Of a stretch of 64,000 nt of DNA, positions 43,174 through 58,327 are shown piece by piece. Below the pieces are notes generated by a model that was not told the origin of the DNA, searched no databases, and worked only from the letters and a program-made list of their open reading frames with translations. Position 1 is the first letter of the stretch; the number at the start of each line of letters is the position of its first letter. A program made the translations under genes and the position numbers. Source of the stretch: the human T2T-CHM13v2.0 reference genome, Homo sapiens; assembly GCF_009914755.1 (NCBI RefSeq), contig NC_060930.1, one strand, 5' to 3'.

Positions 43174-43592
43174 ATATATATACACACATATATGTGTACA
43201 CCATATATACACACACATACACACACATATATGTGTACACCCATCTGTATACACACATATGTGTACACCCATATATACACACATGTGTACACCCATATAT
43301 ACACACATGTGTATGCACACATACACATGTGTACGCACATATACACATGTGTACACATACATATATGTATATTATACTATACATATATGTACACACACAT
43401 ATATAGTGTATAATATGCATATATATGCACACATAGTGCATATTATATATAATATACACATATGTATATAATATATATTATATATTATAATATACACATA
43501 TGTATATAATATATAATATATATTATATACACATATATAATACAAGTGTATATAAGTATATATGTATATACATATATATGTGTACACATATA
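43174..43592. repeat. Compound (TA/CA/TG)n microsatellite-minisatellite
   Basis: Read directly; recurring ~22-bp unit atatatacacacatgtgtacac. Confidence 0.95.
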
Positions 43593-44965
43593 TAAGAAAT
43601 CCAAATCCAAATACTGAAAAATTTACAAAAAATATTTACAAAAATATTTTTATCAAGTTATTAATTATAGGTGGAATCATGTATGTCTCAAGCTATGTGT
43701 TATAAATGTTATCAAATAATTCAAACAATATATTTCACATCTATATATTCTGTATATGCATGATATATATGTCATATGTAATCTATGTTAGGGTACAGCA
43801 GTTTCACTTTAGGTCTTAAGCATTGCTTACTTTAGGGTCCACCTTGACATTTCCCCCGCTTCCCCCCAGAATAGATGAGATCCTTCTGTTATGTGTCCTC
43901 AGAGCCCCTGCAGTTTGCCACCATTTGTAATTATATATTTGTGTACATATTTGTTTATTATGTTTGCCTTCAGTAAACTCCATGAGGGCTGGGGCATCGT
44001 CTGTTGTTTTGCTTACTTTTATTGCCTAATTCCTGGCTCGTTGCCTAACAGCAGGTTCTTTGCTGACACTTGTATGAAGGAGGCAGAGCATAGGTTTTGG
44101 TAGTAGATAGGCTTTGAATGTTACCTTTTGATTGCTAGCAGTAGGATTGTGGGGAAGTAATTTAGCCTCTCTCAGTCTGTTTCCGCATTTGAAAGGCAAA
44201 AATAATAACATCTTCCTAGGTTGTTATTAAGATTAAGTAATTCCTGTTCTATAGTAAGTGCTCAGTATTAGCTGTTTTATTACATTTCTCTTTCTTCCTC
44301 TTTTTGGGCTTAAGGTAAAAGAGGCAAATCCTATAGTGATTTTCTTAAAAAGCCACCAAATATGCATTGAGGCTGGATACTTTTAAAAATAGCTGCAATA
44401 ATCTCCATTCAAGAAACATTTCCCCCCCGACGTCTGCAGAAGCCATAGAAATAAGAAAAAGGTTTTTTTTTTTTTTTTTTTTTGGATCTAGCTTTTCCAG
44501 ATTCTCTCTCTTACTTTAGTTGTGGTTTATTCTGCATATTATTCCTACAGGTGTTTGGAATTCTGGCTGGCCCTTGGATCATCATAAATCATGCTGCTAA
44601 ATTAAGAACGGTAACGCTACTGATTGTGATTGTTTAGGTTAATAGGCACAGCTGTCTTTTTCTGTGGAAATTCTTTTTAGTTCATTTAACTTGTGTCTTT
44701 ATAACTTGGATTAATTTTCTTTTCATTTTTTAAATGTTATACACTGTAAGAGGAATAGTTTTCAAATTGATCTAGCCACTGCCTAAGAAAAATGAATGAA
44801 ATCTTTTCACGTAATAAAACTAGATTGATCTAGCTACTGCCTGAGAAAAGTGAGTGAAATCTTCTCGCTTAATAAAAGTAACTTAATCAGTTAGAAATTT
44901 TCCTGATTATAAAGGTAACCTGTATCTATTATGGAAAACTATGAATCATATAAAGAAGAAAATGA

Positions 44966-45304
<339 letters not shown>

Positions 45305-47552
45305 GCATATTTCTTTTCTGTGTATTTTTTTTATACAGTTTATTTTTACAAGCTGCCATATCATGAGCATTTTCCTATGACAGACAATGGCAAACTGTAT
45401 TCCTCTAGATGTATATCCCATAATTTAATAGTTTGAATTTGATAACATGATATAACATATGGTTTGTGACATATGATTCCACTTACAATTAGTGACTTGA
45501 TACAAATATTTTTGTGAATTTTTCACTATTTTGGATTGTTTCTTTAGGATAGCTTCCTAGGTCATAAGATATTTAGAGTTTTAAGGCTTTTGAGAGGTGT
45601 TGCTATGTTTCTTTCTAGAAAGGTATTAAGTTATTCATACCAGTGTGAAAGACAAAATGCACTGGATAATTTTATTTACAAAAGCATATTCTCCTAAATT
45701 GTAATGAGGTATAGATCGCTTAAGAGGAAAGGGCTCCTTATATATTCAGAAAATAAAACATTAATAACAGCAACAATATTCTCAACAGAATCCACGGTCA
45801 TCCTTGATTAGTTCATTCAGTCCTGTGTAATTCTTTTTCCACTTGATCTTTAGTTAGCAGTCTCATGAATTTATCTTCTTCTTGATTAGAGTTCTAGAAA
45901 TCCTGAGTCAGTCCACTGGTATCTTCTCAAAGTTGTTTAAACATTACATCAGAAGACTGTACTGCAAGGTACCTGGCATAGTCCTTTTCCTTGGGTCCCA
46001 AGACAGCTCTTCTTTGTTGAAGACAGGCACTGTGGCCTGTAGCTGATTGTAAGTGCTGTCAGGGAGGCAGCAAGGTAGAACGAAAACCTATCTGTAAATG
46101 ACAAAATAACTTAAAGTGGCTGTGGTTAACTTATTACTATAATTTTCAAAAGTGAAAGATCCAATGAGATTTCATTATAAGAATAAAGCAATTAATAAGG
46201 ATATTTGGTTGTTTCTTTGTTGTACAAGACAAGATTAAAGTCATTCCAAAATTTTTTTAAACAAAATATTCATATAAACATAAGGATTCTATTTTCAAGA
46301 AAGAGTGGCTATTCCATTTTTATAAATTAGATGGAATATCCACTCTTTCTTGAAAATGAGTTAATCTTTACTGGGAAATAAAAGTATATAAATATAATTA
46401 CTGAGAAAAAGAAGTTTAGATATAACATATGATAGTTCTGATATATGCCAACAATATACCAAGCATATAGTTAAAATATACCAAGAATATCAGAGAAAGA
46501 GATTCTGTAAGTCCGGAATATGTCCTGACATCTATCTGTGCTTATTAATGAAACATCATAGGTAAGTAATGTGAATATCCAGTTGAAAACCACTGGCCTG
46601 GAAGATACTAGATTCAAATTAAGTTGGGACCAAGTCAACATTTAAAAACAAAACTGAAATTATGACCCATAATGCTGTGTTGTCTAATATCGAACAAAGT
46701 AGCACCAGGACTCTGATAAATAGCAGTGTATCATTGTCAGTGAGAGCACTGACAATTTTCTGTTAACTTCTATAGCAAGCAGAGTCTGAAATATTTACAA
46801 CATTTTACCTATACACATTTAACCTAGAGAAGGCTAAGCATTTCTTCTGACTTGACAACTCATCAATAACAACATGACAGATAAACCTAATTATTTTCTA
46901 GCACTTCTTTTTTTAAAAGGTGAAAGAACAAATCTTTGTGATTGTTTCGGGGACCACCATCTGGGAAATCTCAAAGACAGTTTTAGGTGCAAATGATATT
47001 TATGATTTGATTTTGGTAAGGTAAAATATTAAAAGTTGCCAGGAGATTTGAAAACTTCAATTAAGATAGGATCGTGGGTTACCAAGAAATAATAGATGAC
47101 TTTATATTTAACCCAAGTGACAATAAATATTTTGAAAGTAAACATAAGTGGTAACATGATCGTCAAGAAACTTTCCTGAAGGAGAAACTTGTTCCTTAAA
47201 TAATCAAGGACATAATAAGTTGGCAGAAACCATAGGTTTTCATAGTAAAACAGAGAATCTTGCTGTTTGTGCAGATAATGTAGAAAAGTAAAGAATAACT
47301 TTTACAGTCTATTAAGAGCAAACCAGTAATCTGATAAACATTTGACGTTGAAACAGAGAAAACACGATTTTAGTTTTGTATCAGTATAACATTTGATACT
47401 AAAGGTCTTTTTAAAAACCTTATTTAAAACCACCAAACTTATCCAGTCTTGACCATGACAAATAAAATTCCCTTTCCATGAACCTTCTACAACTTTCTGT
47501 ATTCAAAATGAACACATTCATTAATGGACTCAAGACACAAAAGTATATAAAC

Positions 47553-47851
47553 TTTTTTTTTTTTTTTTTGAGACAGGGTCTCACTCTGTTGTCCAGGCTG
47601 GGGTGCGGTGGTACCATCATGGCTCACTGCAGCCTCGACCTCCTGGGCTCAAGTGATCCTCCCACCTCAGCCTCCCCAGTAGATGGAACTATAGGCACAT
47701 GCCACCATGCGTGGCTAGTTTTTTAAGTTTTTTGTAGAAATGGGGTTTCTCCACGTTGCCCAGGCTGGTCTCGAACTCCTGGGCTCAAGCAATCTGCCTG
47801 CCTCGGTCTCGCAAAGTGCTGGGATTAGAGGTGTGAGCCATTGTGCCCAGC
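47553..47851 (-). mobile_element. AluJ
   Basis: Antisense dimer. Confidence 0.93.
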
Positions 47852-48179
47852 TTTAGACTTAAATTGTGTTTAATAATCAGTGTTTTAGTACTCAGGAATG
47901 GTGTAGGTATCTAATGAATACCCATAGATTAAGTCAATTTAGTATCAGAAGTTTTAAATTACCTAGAGACCTTGGAAATTATCTTCAAGCTGATGTGATT
48001 ATTGAAATAAAGTTTGTCAGATAATGATTAAATTTGTTTAAATACAAATTTACCTTTTTTAGAATCTTAAGCATTAAGTAGTAGTAATGTTAGCTTATTT
48101 GATTAATAAACATGTATAAGTTTAGGAAGAACATTACAAGTAGAATAAAAATCTGTGCGTATATTTAACACACTGATAA

Positions 48180-48498
<319 letters not shown>

Positions 48499-48695
48499 AA
48501 CATGGCTGTTTTATTAAACCAACAATATAAACTAGTATCAGTTACTAAAGGTTTACCTAAATTGTGTGAATTTGAATTCTGAAACTGTTTCTGAGTTAGT
48601 TTCCATGATCCATGTCTTCTTTTTTCTCACATTGAATTAAAGGTGCAATTTCCTTGACTTCTGAGCATTTTAGGACTATTCAATTTATAGAAGGA

Positions 48696-49028
48696 CAGCT
48701 GGCCTTTCGTATCTGTGGGTTCTGCATCTGTGGATTCAACCAACTGCAGATTGAAAATATTCAGAAAAAAAATTGCTTCTGTGCTGAACACGTACAGACT
48801 TTTTTATTCTTGTTATTATTCCCTAAATAATTCAGTGTAACAATCATATACATAGTAATTATGTTGTATTAGGTATTATAACTAATCTAGAAATAAAGTA
48901 TATGGAAGGATGTGCATAGGTTATATGCAGATATCGTCATTTTATATCAGACAGTTGAGCATCCCAGATTTTGTTTTTCCAAGGGAGGTCCTAGAATCAA
49001 TCCCTCGTAGATACTGAAGGATGGCTGT
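48696..49028. mobile_element. MER2 (TcMar-Tigger) MITE
   Basis: cagctggcctttcgtatctgtgggttctgcatctgtggattcaacc...gatactgaaggatggctg|TA. Confidence 0.85.
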
Positions 49029-51398
49029 ACTTATCTGCGAGCCAGTCAGAATTGAGCTCTCTCCTTTAAGGGATTTTATAACCTATTTGAGAATATCATC
49101 TAAAGGTAGGAACATATACAGAATATACACTCACATAATGAGAGGTATAGGCCTTTCATAGTTACAAACAGACACAGAACACAAAGAGAAAGCCTATATA
49201 TTCAATTTTAAAATTTTAGTCATGGATCAAGCATACGCAAATGTAACATTCTCCAGTCCCGAGATCTGCTTCTTGGTGGTCATGAAATTCCTAACTGATT
49301 TGAGCTCAAAGTAGACAAATAGAAAAAAATAATCAGGTTCTCTGTCATCTTTCCTAACAGAAAAAATATCCCTATTATAACCCATTAATTTGTTTATGGA
49401 GATTGACAAACTGTAAAATCAAAAGTAACCAGCAACAGAAATAAAGCAAATCTCAGAGTAAAAATCAGTTCCTTACTGTGCTGCAGATGAGCAAGGTCCA
49501 AAGCGCAGGACCAGGAATTGTACTCATTGTTGTGTCCCCAGGTCACAGACCAGAAACAAGGCACAGGGGAACCCAGAGGTCTTGTTACTTGGGTGGAGTC
49601 AACAGGGATCTGAAGGCAAGGTCTTCATCCTGCTTGAGTCCTGGCATCAAAACAAAGGAAAAATACAGTGGACAGTTAAGTAGACGATTTTATTCGGGAT
49701 ATTGCAGTGGGGAAAAACATTCACTATTGAGGAATGTCTTGAAGAGGAGGGAGAAACTTAGGGTTTTATAAAACGTGGGAATTACTGAGGAAGATAGAGG
49801 GAGGGCTAATTTTACAATATGCAAGGACATGGTGGTCCTTTGAGGTTAGCCATTTCTTGGAACACAGAACGTGGATTTCCTATCCATTGCTCTCTTAAGG
49901 AGCACAGGGCTCAGATAAAGTTAAACAGTTGTGTCAAGTGATGGGTGTGTAAGTGCCCAACTCATTCTGTCCTTTATAACATAGAATATTTTCATTTGTA
50001 TTAAATAGTTTGAAGTAATTAATTTTAAATACCCAGACATGATCCTGTATAGCCTCTGAAAATCTGTAAAGGTTTTTCTCCTTTTTAAAAAAATTGCTTT
50101 GGTTCATATTTGGTGCTTCTGCTCTTTAATAGGCTTTGTTTCTAGTAAGGTCATGCTTATTTAACTTATAGATATTGAGCTTTTAGAGAGTAATGTTTCA
50201 TCAAACATAAAAGGCTGTCAATTGTAATATGCAACATAAATTTTATATGTCACTAAGGAAAAACTGCAATGAAGCAATGACACAGTGCTTTTTTTATATC
50301 AGTTGTAGGGTACGGTGAAATATCAGAGATGTTAAAATTAGGGAAAAACGTGTGTTTTAAAATCAGTGAAGTATGGCCTTGACTCTTGCTTCTAATTAAA
50401 CTTTTTATGTGATAAATATGGTAAGGCATAGCTATTGTCTTCTATAAAATTCTGGTAAACCCATAAAGAGTAGAAAGAAGGTAGAAAGGCAGAAAGTGGG
50501 ATAGAGTGGAAAGTGGGATGCAGTGATGATATTTATTATATAATATTTGATATAACTTCAGTCTACCAGTAGGAACCTTTGTTGGGTAGCAATTGCATAC
50601 TCATTTTCACTGGGTGTTTTCTGATATTTCTCTTCTAGGAAGCTGTGATCTTAATTTAACCAGTCTTTTGTCGGACTCTTAGGATGTTTCTGTTTCTTTT
50701 ACTGTTATGAATGAGGTTAAAAGCATTGTTTTTAGCTTAATCTTTATGTCTAGTCAAGATGTTTTATTAGAGTAAAATCCTGGAAATATAATTACTATAC
50801 CAAAGTGTGTGTGTGTGTAAATATATGTAAAATTATAATCCATTTTATTCTTTACAGAATTTTACATACCGAGTTTTACGTATAATGGGAGCTGTATAAG
50901 CGTTGACATAATGTGGTAATAGATGAAACAGGAGCTGGCAGTTGACCAATTATGTAGGACCTTGTAGTTTCCCCTCTACTTTGTGTTTAAATTTTTGTAT
51001 GATATTTATTGTTGTGTAATTTAACAAAGACATACTTGTGTATATTACATGTGTAGCTTGATAAATTGTTCAAAAGCAAATACAGCGTTATAAAGTTTAC
51101 CTAAGTGAAGAAATAAAATGTGAGCAGCATCCTAGAAAATCTCTTCCTACTTCTTGCACACACTACCCTTTCTTTCCTCATTATCCTGACATTTACTGAT
51201 ATTTTACATCTACTACTTTCACTCAGCATGGTGCTTGTGAGGTTCATCTATGTTGTTTTGGTTGATGGTGGTTCTTTCATTCTTGCTACTGTAAAATACT
51301 TGTTACTGCAAAATGTGTAACATTTTGCTCAATGGGTATAATGTTTATACCCATTGTATAAATGTATCATGGCATATTCATTTTTTTAAACCATCTGA

Positions 51399-51695
<297 letters not shown>

Positions 51696-52100
51696 TGAAC
51701 CATTTTTAAGGGTACAGTTCAGTAGCGTTGTTAAGTACATTTATTTACACTATTGATGCAACCAATTTCCAGAGCTCTTTTTATCTTGCAAAACTGAAAC
51801 TCTATACCCATTAAATAACAACTCCCCATCTACCCCGGTAAACACTGTTTTACAGTTTCATGAATTTAACTACTCTAGATATCTCATGTAAGTGGAATCA
51901 GAACATTTGTCTTTTTCTGATTGGCTTATTTCACTTGGTGTAATTTTCTTAAGGTTCATCCATGTTACGGGGTGTCAGAGCTTTCTTCCTTTTTAAGACT
52001 GAATAATATTCCATTGTGTGTACATATCACACTTCATTTATCCATTCATCCATTGATGAACATTTTGGTTGCTTTTATCTTTTGGAATATGTGCATTTAA
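51696..52100 (-). mobile_element. L1M (MA/MB-type) 3' end
   Basis: caaaactgaaactctatacccattaaa...gtaagtggaatca...ttatccattcatcc. Confidence 0.8.
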
Positions 52101-52225
52101 AAAAAAATCTTTGAAAGGCTCTTGAGAATATTTGTGTCAATTTCCACCAGGAATATATGAGTTTATTCTTGACATTACAATAATAATTTTTAAGTCTTTG
52201 CTAGTTTGATAAATTAAAAAGCCCC

Positions 52226-52451
52226 TGAGAACACATGGACACAGGGAGGGGAACAACACTTACTGGGGCCTGTCGGGGGAAGGAGGTGGCGGGGAAGAGC
52301 ACTAGGGAATAGAGCTAATGCATGCTGGGCTTAATACCTAGGTGATGGATTGATAGGTGCAGCAAACCACCATGGCACATGTTTACCTGTGTAACAAACC
52401 TGCACGTCCTGCACATGTACACTGGGACTTAAAAAAAATAAAAAAGAAAAA
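52226..52451 (+). mobile_element. L1PA extreme 3' end
   Basis: gagaacacatggacacagggagggg...gcagcaaaccaccatggcac...A tail. Confidence 0.9.
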
Positions 52452-55400
52452 GCTCTTAGTTTTAAATTCTTGCATTTTAAATCGTGAGGTTGAATGCTGT
52501 TTTATGTCACTCAGCTATTTACATTTCTCCCTATTGTGTTTTAAAAATTATTCATGTATCCTCTTGACTGTACTACTTGAGAGTAGTAACTATTATCATA
52601 GGTATTCCATTTATCCCCGAAGTGCCTGGTACTATATGTACCACATGAGATGCCCAGGATGTTTGGTAAATAAATCAGTAACTTTCTTTGTTGATGTGTT
52701 AGAACCTCATAAAATTGTATGCTTATCATATTTTTTGGTTTGTTACAACTTTTTTAAAAGTATTTCTTAAATAGTTACATAATAAATAATCTCAAGTAAT
52801 ATTTGTTAGAAATTATCCAATTATCCCTATTTTAGGCTAATAAAAGTGTTTATTTTTAATAAACATTTCTTGGTTCAAAACTATAGGTATATGTTTTGTT
52901 TCTTTCAAATGTTTTTTAAAAGTTCACTTAAAAATCATGTTATTCCATTAAATTTTGTTTTCCTACTTAGTCCAAGTTTATTGCACAATTGCCTACTCTT
53001 TATTTTTGTTTAATCGGAGCAGATAAGCTTGACTGTGACTAAACCTAGGTTGAGAATCATTACTAATCACTTTGCTATATTTACTATGACTAACCCCTGT
53101 TAAATACTCAAACACTAATAGTTTATTTAAGAAGTTTAAAGAAGAATTTATCCTGCTACATGCAGATGTCTGATAGAACCTACTTGTAGGTTGCAATTTT
53201 ATGCAATTTTTGTATTCACAACTCTGGAAATTTTGAGTTAAGGTTAATTAATTGAAGGCTGTGAGATTATATTTATTGTGTATAGCTTTGGGTGTGCTTT
53301 TTTTTGATGTCTTTTATTCCTCTGAGTGTTAGAAGCGTGTGATCCTTAGAGCACCGTAAGGCAGTCACTGAAGAAAGAACTGTACCACCTCTGGTGCTTT
53401 TGCTTTAGACACTTCATTGGTGTGTAATTCTTGAAGTTCTTGTAAGGAGAGTGGATAAATGAAGAGAACAACAGAAAGAAGGGTGGGAAGGAGTTAGGGA
53501 CTACAAAGAAAGAGAAGGTGGAGAGAAAACAAGGTGCTGTGTTACTTCAAATGACATTCATTGTCCTAATAGGCCCATGAGAGGGAAGTCTAATGAAGAA
53601 TTTGAAAGTAAAATGCTTTTAAGGAAAGTTTCTCTGGTAGAGTAAACCCAAATAACTCCTTTAATGCAGAGGTTCCTAAACAGGCATTGAAGTTATCAAC
53701 CTCCATGCAGGTAAATTGATAAAATGAGTATGGTGACTTTTTTTCTATAAAGTTAAATTAATTTTTCAGGATTCTGTTTTTTGGGAAACAGCGGAGACAG
53801 TAGATTTTAGGTATTTTCAGTGTCTGAGTGAAATGGTGGCAGTCTCGTATTGGTTGCCTTTCAACCCCCCTCCCTTCTTCACACACTTAATTTTAGGTAT
53901 GTCTTGAACAAAAATAAATAATTTAGAAACTGTTTCTTTATACTTAATTATCTGAAAAAGTAGGATGTCAGAAGTAAGTGAGGGAAAATACTTCTGGAAA
54001 TGCCAGAAACCGTCATGAAAGTTCAACGCCAGAACTGAGCTTTTATTTTGCAAAAGAAGCCCTTAGAGGTTTACTTGGCTCTTTGAATATCTGAGTCTTG
54101 TTTAACAGAGAACCAAAGGAGGAGTATGTGTGTATTGAGGAACAGTTACTAAAAAGGGAGAGCAGTTAGCCAGACTGGGTGAATGAAATAGTAAAGCTTA
54201 ACTGTACTGACTAGTTAAGTCAGTAGTAGCTCACTGCTGCAGTCCATCCTACCCATCTGGTTTATTCCTTTCCTGACAGACTCATTCATATGTTAAGTGC
54301 TGGCTGTGTATCAGGCAGTGCTAGTGCTGGGGCATGGGGCCCCAGCAGTGAATGAAATTGGTATGGTCTCTGCCTAGTGACTGAGTCCTTTAAGAACCTT
54401 GATTAGGCTCAGAGAGCTTTTTGAGTTGGCAATCTCCCCACCCTCAGATTTAGCTGAAATTAGGGTGGCCACGCATTTCGAGTCCACATTTGTGAAGAGG
54501 CCTTAACTTGCCTCCCTACACCAATTTGCCACTCAGCAATAGCTAAGTGTGAGGCTGCTTTAAGCTTGAAATCCAGGCCCAATAGTCCTGCTGAACCCCT
54601 TGCCTCTGACAATTTAGAGTCTTAATTCACTGAACATCTTCCTAGTTGTTGAACATTCTGTGTTCTTTCTCAGCTCCATTCCTTTGTATGGGTCGGTTCC
54701 TATGCGTCAGTTGCCCTTTCCTCTCTTTTCTTTTGGAATCATTTCAAGTGGTGTTTCTCTTGGGAATATTCCCGTACTCCCCAGCCAGATAATCTTTTTA
54801 TTATATAAATCATAATATAAAGCATGCCCTGCCTTCAGAGAATTTATAAGCTAATTGGAAAAGATGTAAGGTAATAGAAATTATAATTCATGGTCTGGTG
54901 CAGAACTGTAATAAATTTACATCTATAATCTACCTATATGCTATCATATAAGTGGCATAACTTGTTGCTTTATATAATTATTACAACGAACTTATAAAAT
55001 ACATATGCATTTTCAGATAAGGGAGGTGAGCCTTTAAGAGACGTATTAGTGCAGAATACCGGGAATCTGGTCTCAAATCCATATTTGTTACTCTATTTTA
55101 TATGTTGTTTCCTTAGACATACATGAGAAAAGACGTTGTGAAAGATTTAAATAGTAGTTTATTACAGCAGTAAGAGAGATCACAGGAATGATTAATTGCC
55201 AAGTAAACTACACAGGGGTGGGAGGAGGTCCTTTAGGCTGAGGTAGGAATGATATCTAAATGTATTGTGAGCATTTGGCGTGTTAATAAAAATATTATAA
55301 CATCATTTAAAAATGGTCCCATCATATTTCATTTTATGAGCATACCATAGAGCTGGAAGTCACTACCAGTTTCTTCTTCTAGACAACACTGCAGTGAACC

Positions 55401-55952
55401 TCTCGGTACATACCACAAGCTTTTCTGGCTGCTCTCAAAAGAATTTCCTGAAAGTAGAATTTGAAAGGATTTTGAACACTTTTAAAGGTTTTAATATCAC
55501 AATAATTTCCTCTGGAAAGATTGTACAAATGTATATAGGTCATATTAGTGCTTACCTTACTGTATTCTTTCTAGCTTCCAGTGTTACTAAAAACTGTTTG
55601 CTAATTTCCTAGGCCAGAGAGAGCCATCTTGTTTTAATTTGGGTGGCGGGACAGTTTTCATGTTTCATTGCTATATAAATTTGTTTTGTGAATTGTCTTT
55701 TCATTTTGTTTGCTCATTTTCTTGTTGGTATTTTGCAGCTTTTCTTCATGAGCCTTTTCTAAATTTAGGACAGTTATCCTCAGTTTAACTTTTAATATGG
55801 CTTAGGTAAATTTTTTGTACATATATAGAAGACTTAAGCATTCTTATAGTTAAATCTTTCCCTTTAAGTTTTCTTTCATTTCTTTAATGCTAGAAACCCC
55901 AACACATGAAATTAAGGGAAATAATTTCAGATTCATTTTCTAGGAAAATAAT

Positions 55953-56425
55953 TGATGCAGGGCAGGCAAGCCCAAAAGTGAGGTTTAGCCCATGAGGGTT
56001 CTTGGCTTTGCCCAGGAAAGAATTCAGGGGCACACTAGAGGTAGAAGAAAACAGCTTTATTGAAGAGGCAACGTTACATCTCTAGTGGTGTTAAGCTCCG
56101 TGGCTGCTGCTGCAGGGCAGGGCTGCCCCGTAGGCCAAGAGTAGCAGCTCAGGGCAGTTCTGCAGTCATATTTATACCTGTTTTCAATTACATGTAAATT
56201 AAGGGGCAGTTTATGCAGAAATTTCTAGGGAAGGGGTAGTAACTGCTGGGTCATTGCCGTGGAAAGGGGCAGTAACTCCTGGGTGTTGTCATGTCAGTGG
56301 TAAACTGATTGGCACACTGGTGGGCGTGTCTTATGGAAAGCAGATTCTGCCCCATCACTGTTTTAGCTAGTCCTCAGTTTGGTCTGGTGTCTGAACCCTG
56401 CCTCTGGAGTCCAGTCCCGCCTTCA
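55953..56425 (-). mobile_element. MER66-like ERV1 LTR
   Basis: Reverse complement GGCGGGACTGGACTCCAGAGGC...CCAAACTGAGGACTAGCTAAAACAG. Confidence 0.75.
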
Positions 56426-57540
56426 TTGTAAACTCTAAAAGAGCTTATAATGTAGGTTTTATGTATTTTGTATATCACATAGTAGGCACTGAATAATTGA
56501 CTGGTGGTGGAATGAATTGTCATTAACATGACTTTTGTAATAACCTTGCTGGTTCTTGGCACCTCTTCCTTTATGCAAAATGCTCTCATTTTTTGAGAAT
56601 TAATGAACTAATAAAAGACAAAGGAGCGCCCTTTCCTTTTAGGCTTCTTATGCAAGATTTCTACCCCTTTTGTACCACTGGGTATTATATCTTATGTACC
56701 TGGTTAAACTTTCTTCCTGGGAATGGTATTTGAATGAGAGTTAATGTAGAACCTGTCATAAAATCCTTATTTCCCCTTGTTTTAATGTAAGTAGGTTTGC
56801 TTTCCTTTCAAATCCTGCTAGTTTGTTAGTGCTTTTTCAAATTAATTTTTCAGAATTTGAGAAATAGGTGATTATTAAAATGAGTTAATTTGGTCATGCA
56901 GAGAGCTGTTCCATATAGTTTCCAAATTTAGTGCTAGTCACAATTTCCTCTAGAAATAACAAGTGAGATAGTCCCTTTTTTTATATGAGGATGCTGAAAT
57001 CCTGTACTAACCTTAAAGCACATATATTTGAATTCTGGACTACCAAAAAACATTGTGTCTCTAGGATATCAGAAAGTGTTCTCATTGGAATTGGAATTCA
57101 CATGGAGAGGAAGAGAACTATAACAGTAGGGCTCTTGCCTTTACTTATATTTTAGATAGCTTTGTTGAGATACAATTCATATGTCATCCACCCATTTAAA
57201 GTGTCCAAATCAATGGTTTTAGTATATTCACAGATATATGCAACCATTACCACAGTCAATTTTCAAACATTTTAATCACCTTGAAAAGAAACCCTGCACC
57301 ATGTAGCCATTACCAACCCCCTGCCCGGTCCCCAACCCTCCCACTGCTGAGTAACTGCTAATTTACTTTCTGTCTCTGTATATTTTCCTATTCTGAACAT
57401 TTTATATAAATTGGATCATATAATATGTGGGTTTTTTTGTGACTGGCTTCTTTCACTTAGCGTAAGATTTTCAAGTTTTGTCATAGTATAAATTATAGTG
57501 CATTCATTTATATGGTGTCAACAGTATTCTCTTTAATGTG

Positions 57541-58327
57541 TATCTTTGTCCATTTGTATTGCTGTAAACTTTTGCCAGGGACATGGATGGAGCTGGAGGC
57601 CATTATCCTCAGCAAACTAACACAGGAACGGAAAACCAAACACCACATTTTCAATGAGAGTTGAACAATGAGAACACATGGACACATGGGGGGGAAACAG
57701 CACACACTGGGGCCTGTTGATGGTGGGGGGAGGGAGAGCATCAGAAAGAACAGCTCATTGATGCTGGACTTACTACCTAGGTGATGGGTCGATCTGTGCA
57801 GCAAACCACCATGGCACACGTTTACCTATGTAATAAACCTGCACATCCTGCACACGTATCCTGGAACTTAAAATGAAAGTTGAAGTGGCCACCATCACCA
57901 CCACCACCAACAGAAGAATACTCGAGGCTGGGTAATTTATAAAGAAAAGAGGTTTACTTAGATCACGGTTCGTCAGCCTGTACAAGAAGCATGGTGTCAA
58001 CATCTGCTTCCGGTGAGGGCCTCAGGAAGCTTCCACTCAAGGTAGAAGGAGAAGGGGAGCCAGCGTGTGCAGATCATGTGGCACGGAGGAAGCAAGAGGT
58101 GGTGCGGGGCGGGGGGAAGGTGCCAGGCTCGTTTTAACAACCAGCTCCTAGGGTAGCGCTTGCTAGCACTCATAGAGAGAATTCACTCATTACTATGAGG
58201 CTGGCACCAAGTCATTCATCAGGGGTCTGCCTCCATGACACCAGACTCCTCCCATTAGTACCCACCTCCAACATTGGGGATAAAATTTCATCATGAGGTT
58301 TGGGCGCCAGATACCCAAACTATAGCA
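57541..58327 (-). mobile_element. MSTB-like LTR, itself interrupted by L1PA 3' end
   Basis: ggctgggtaatttataaagaaaagagg...cccacctccaacattgggga...ccaaactatagca. Confidence 0.85.
57570..57885 (+). mobile_element. L1PA 3' end
   Basis: gggacatggatggagctggaggccattatcctcagcaaactaac...cctggaacttaaaa. Confidence 0.9.

Noticed and set aside
43113-43587. Overlapping Y/T/H/I/C/V-rich ORFs on both strands
   Set aside because: Artefact of the dinucleotide repeat
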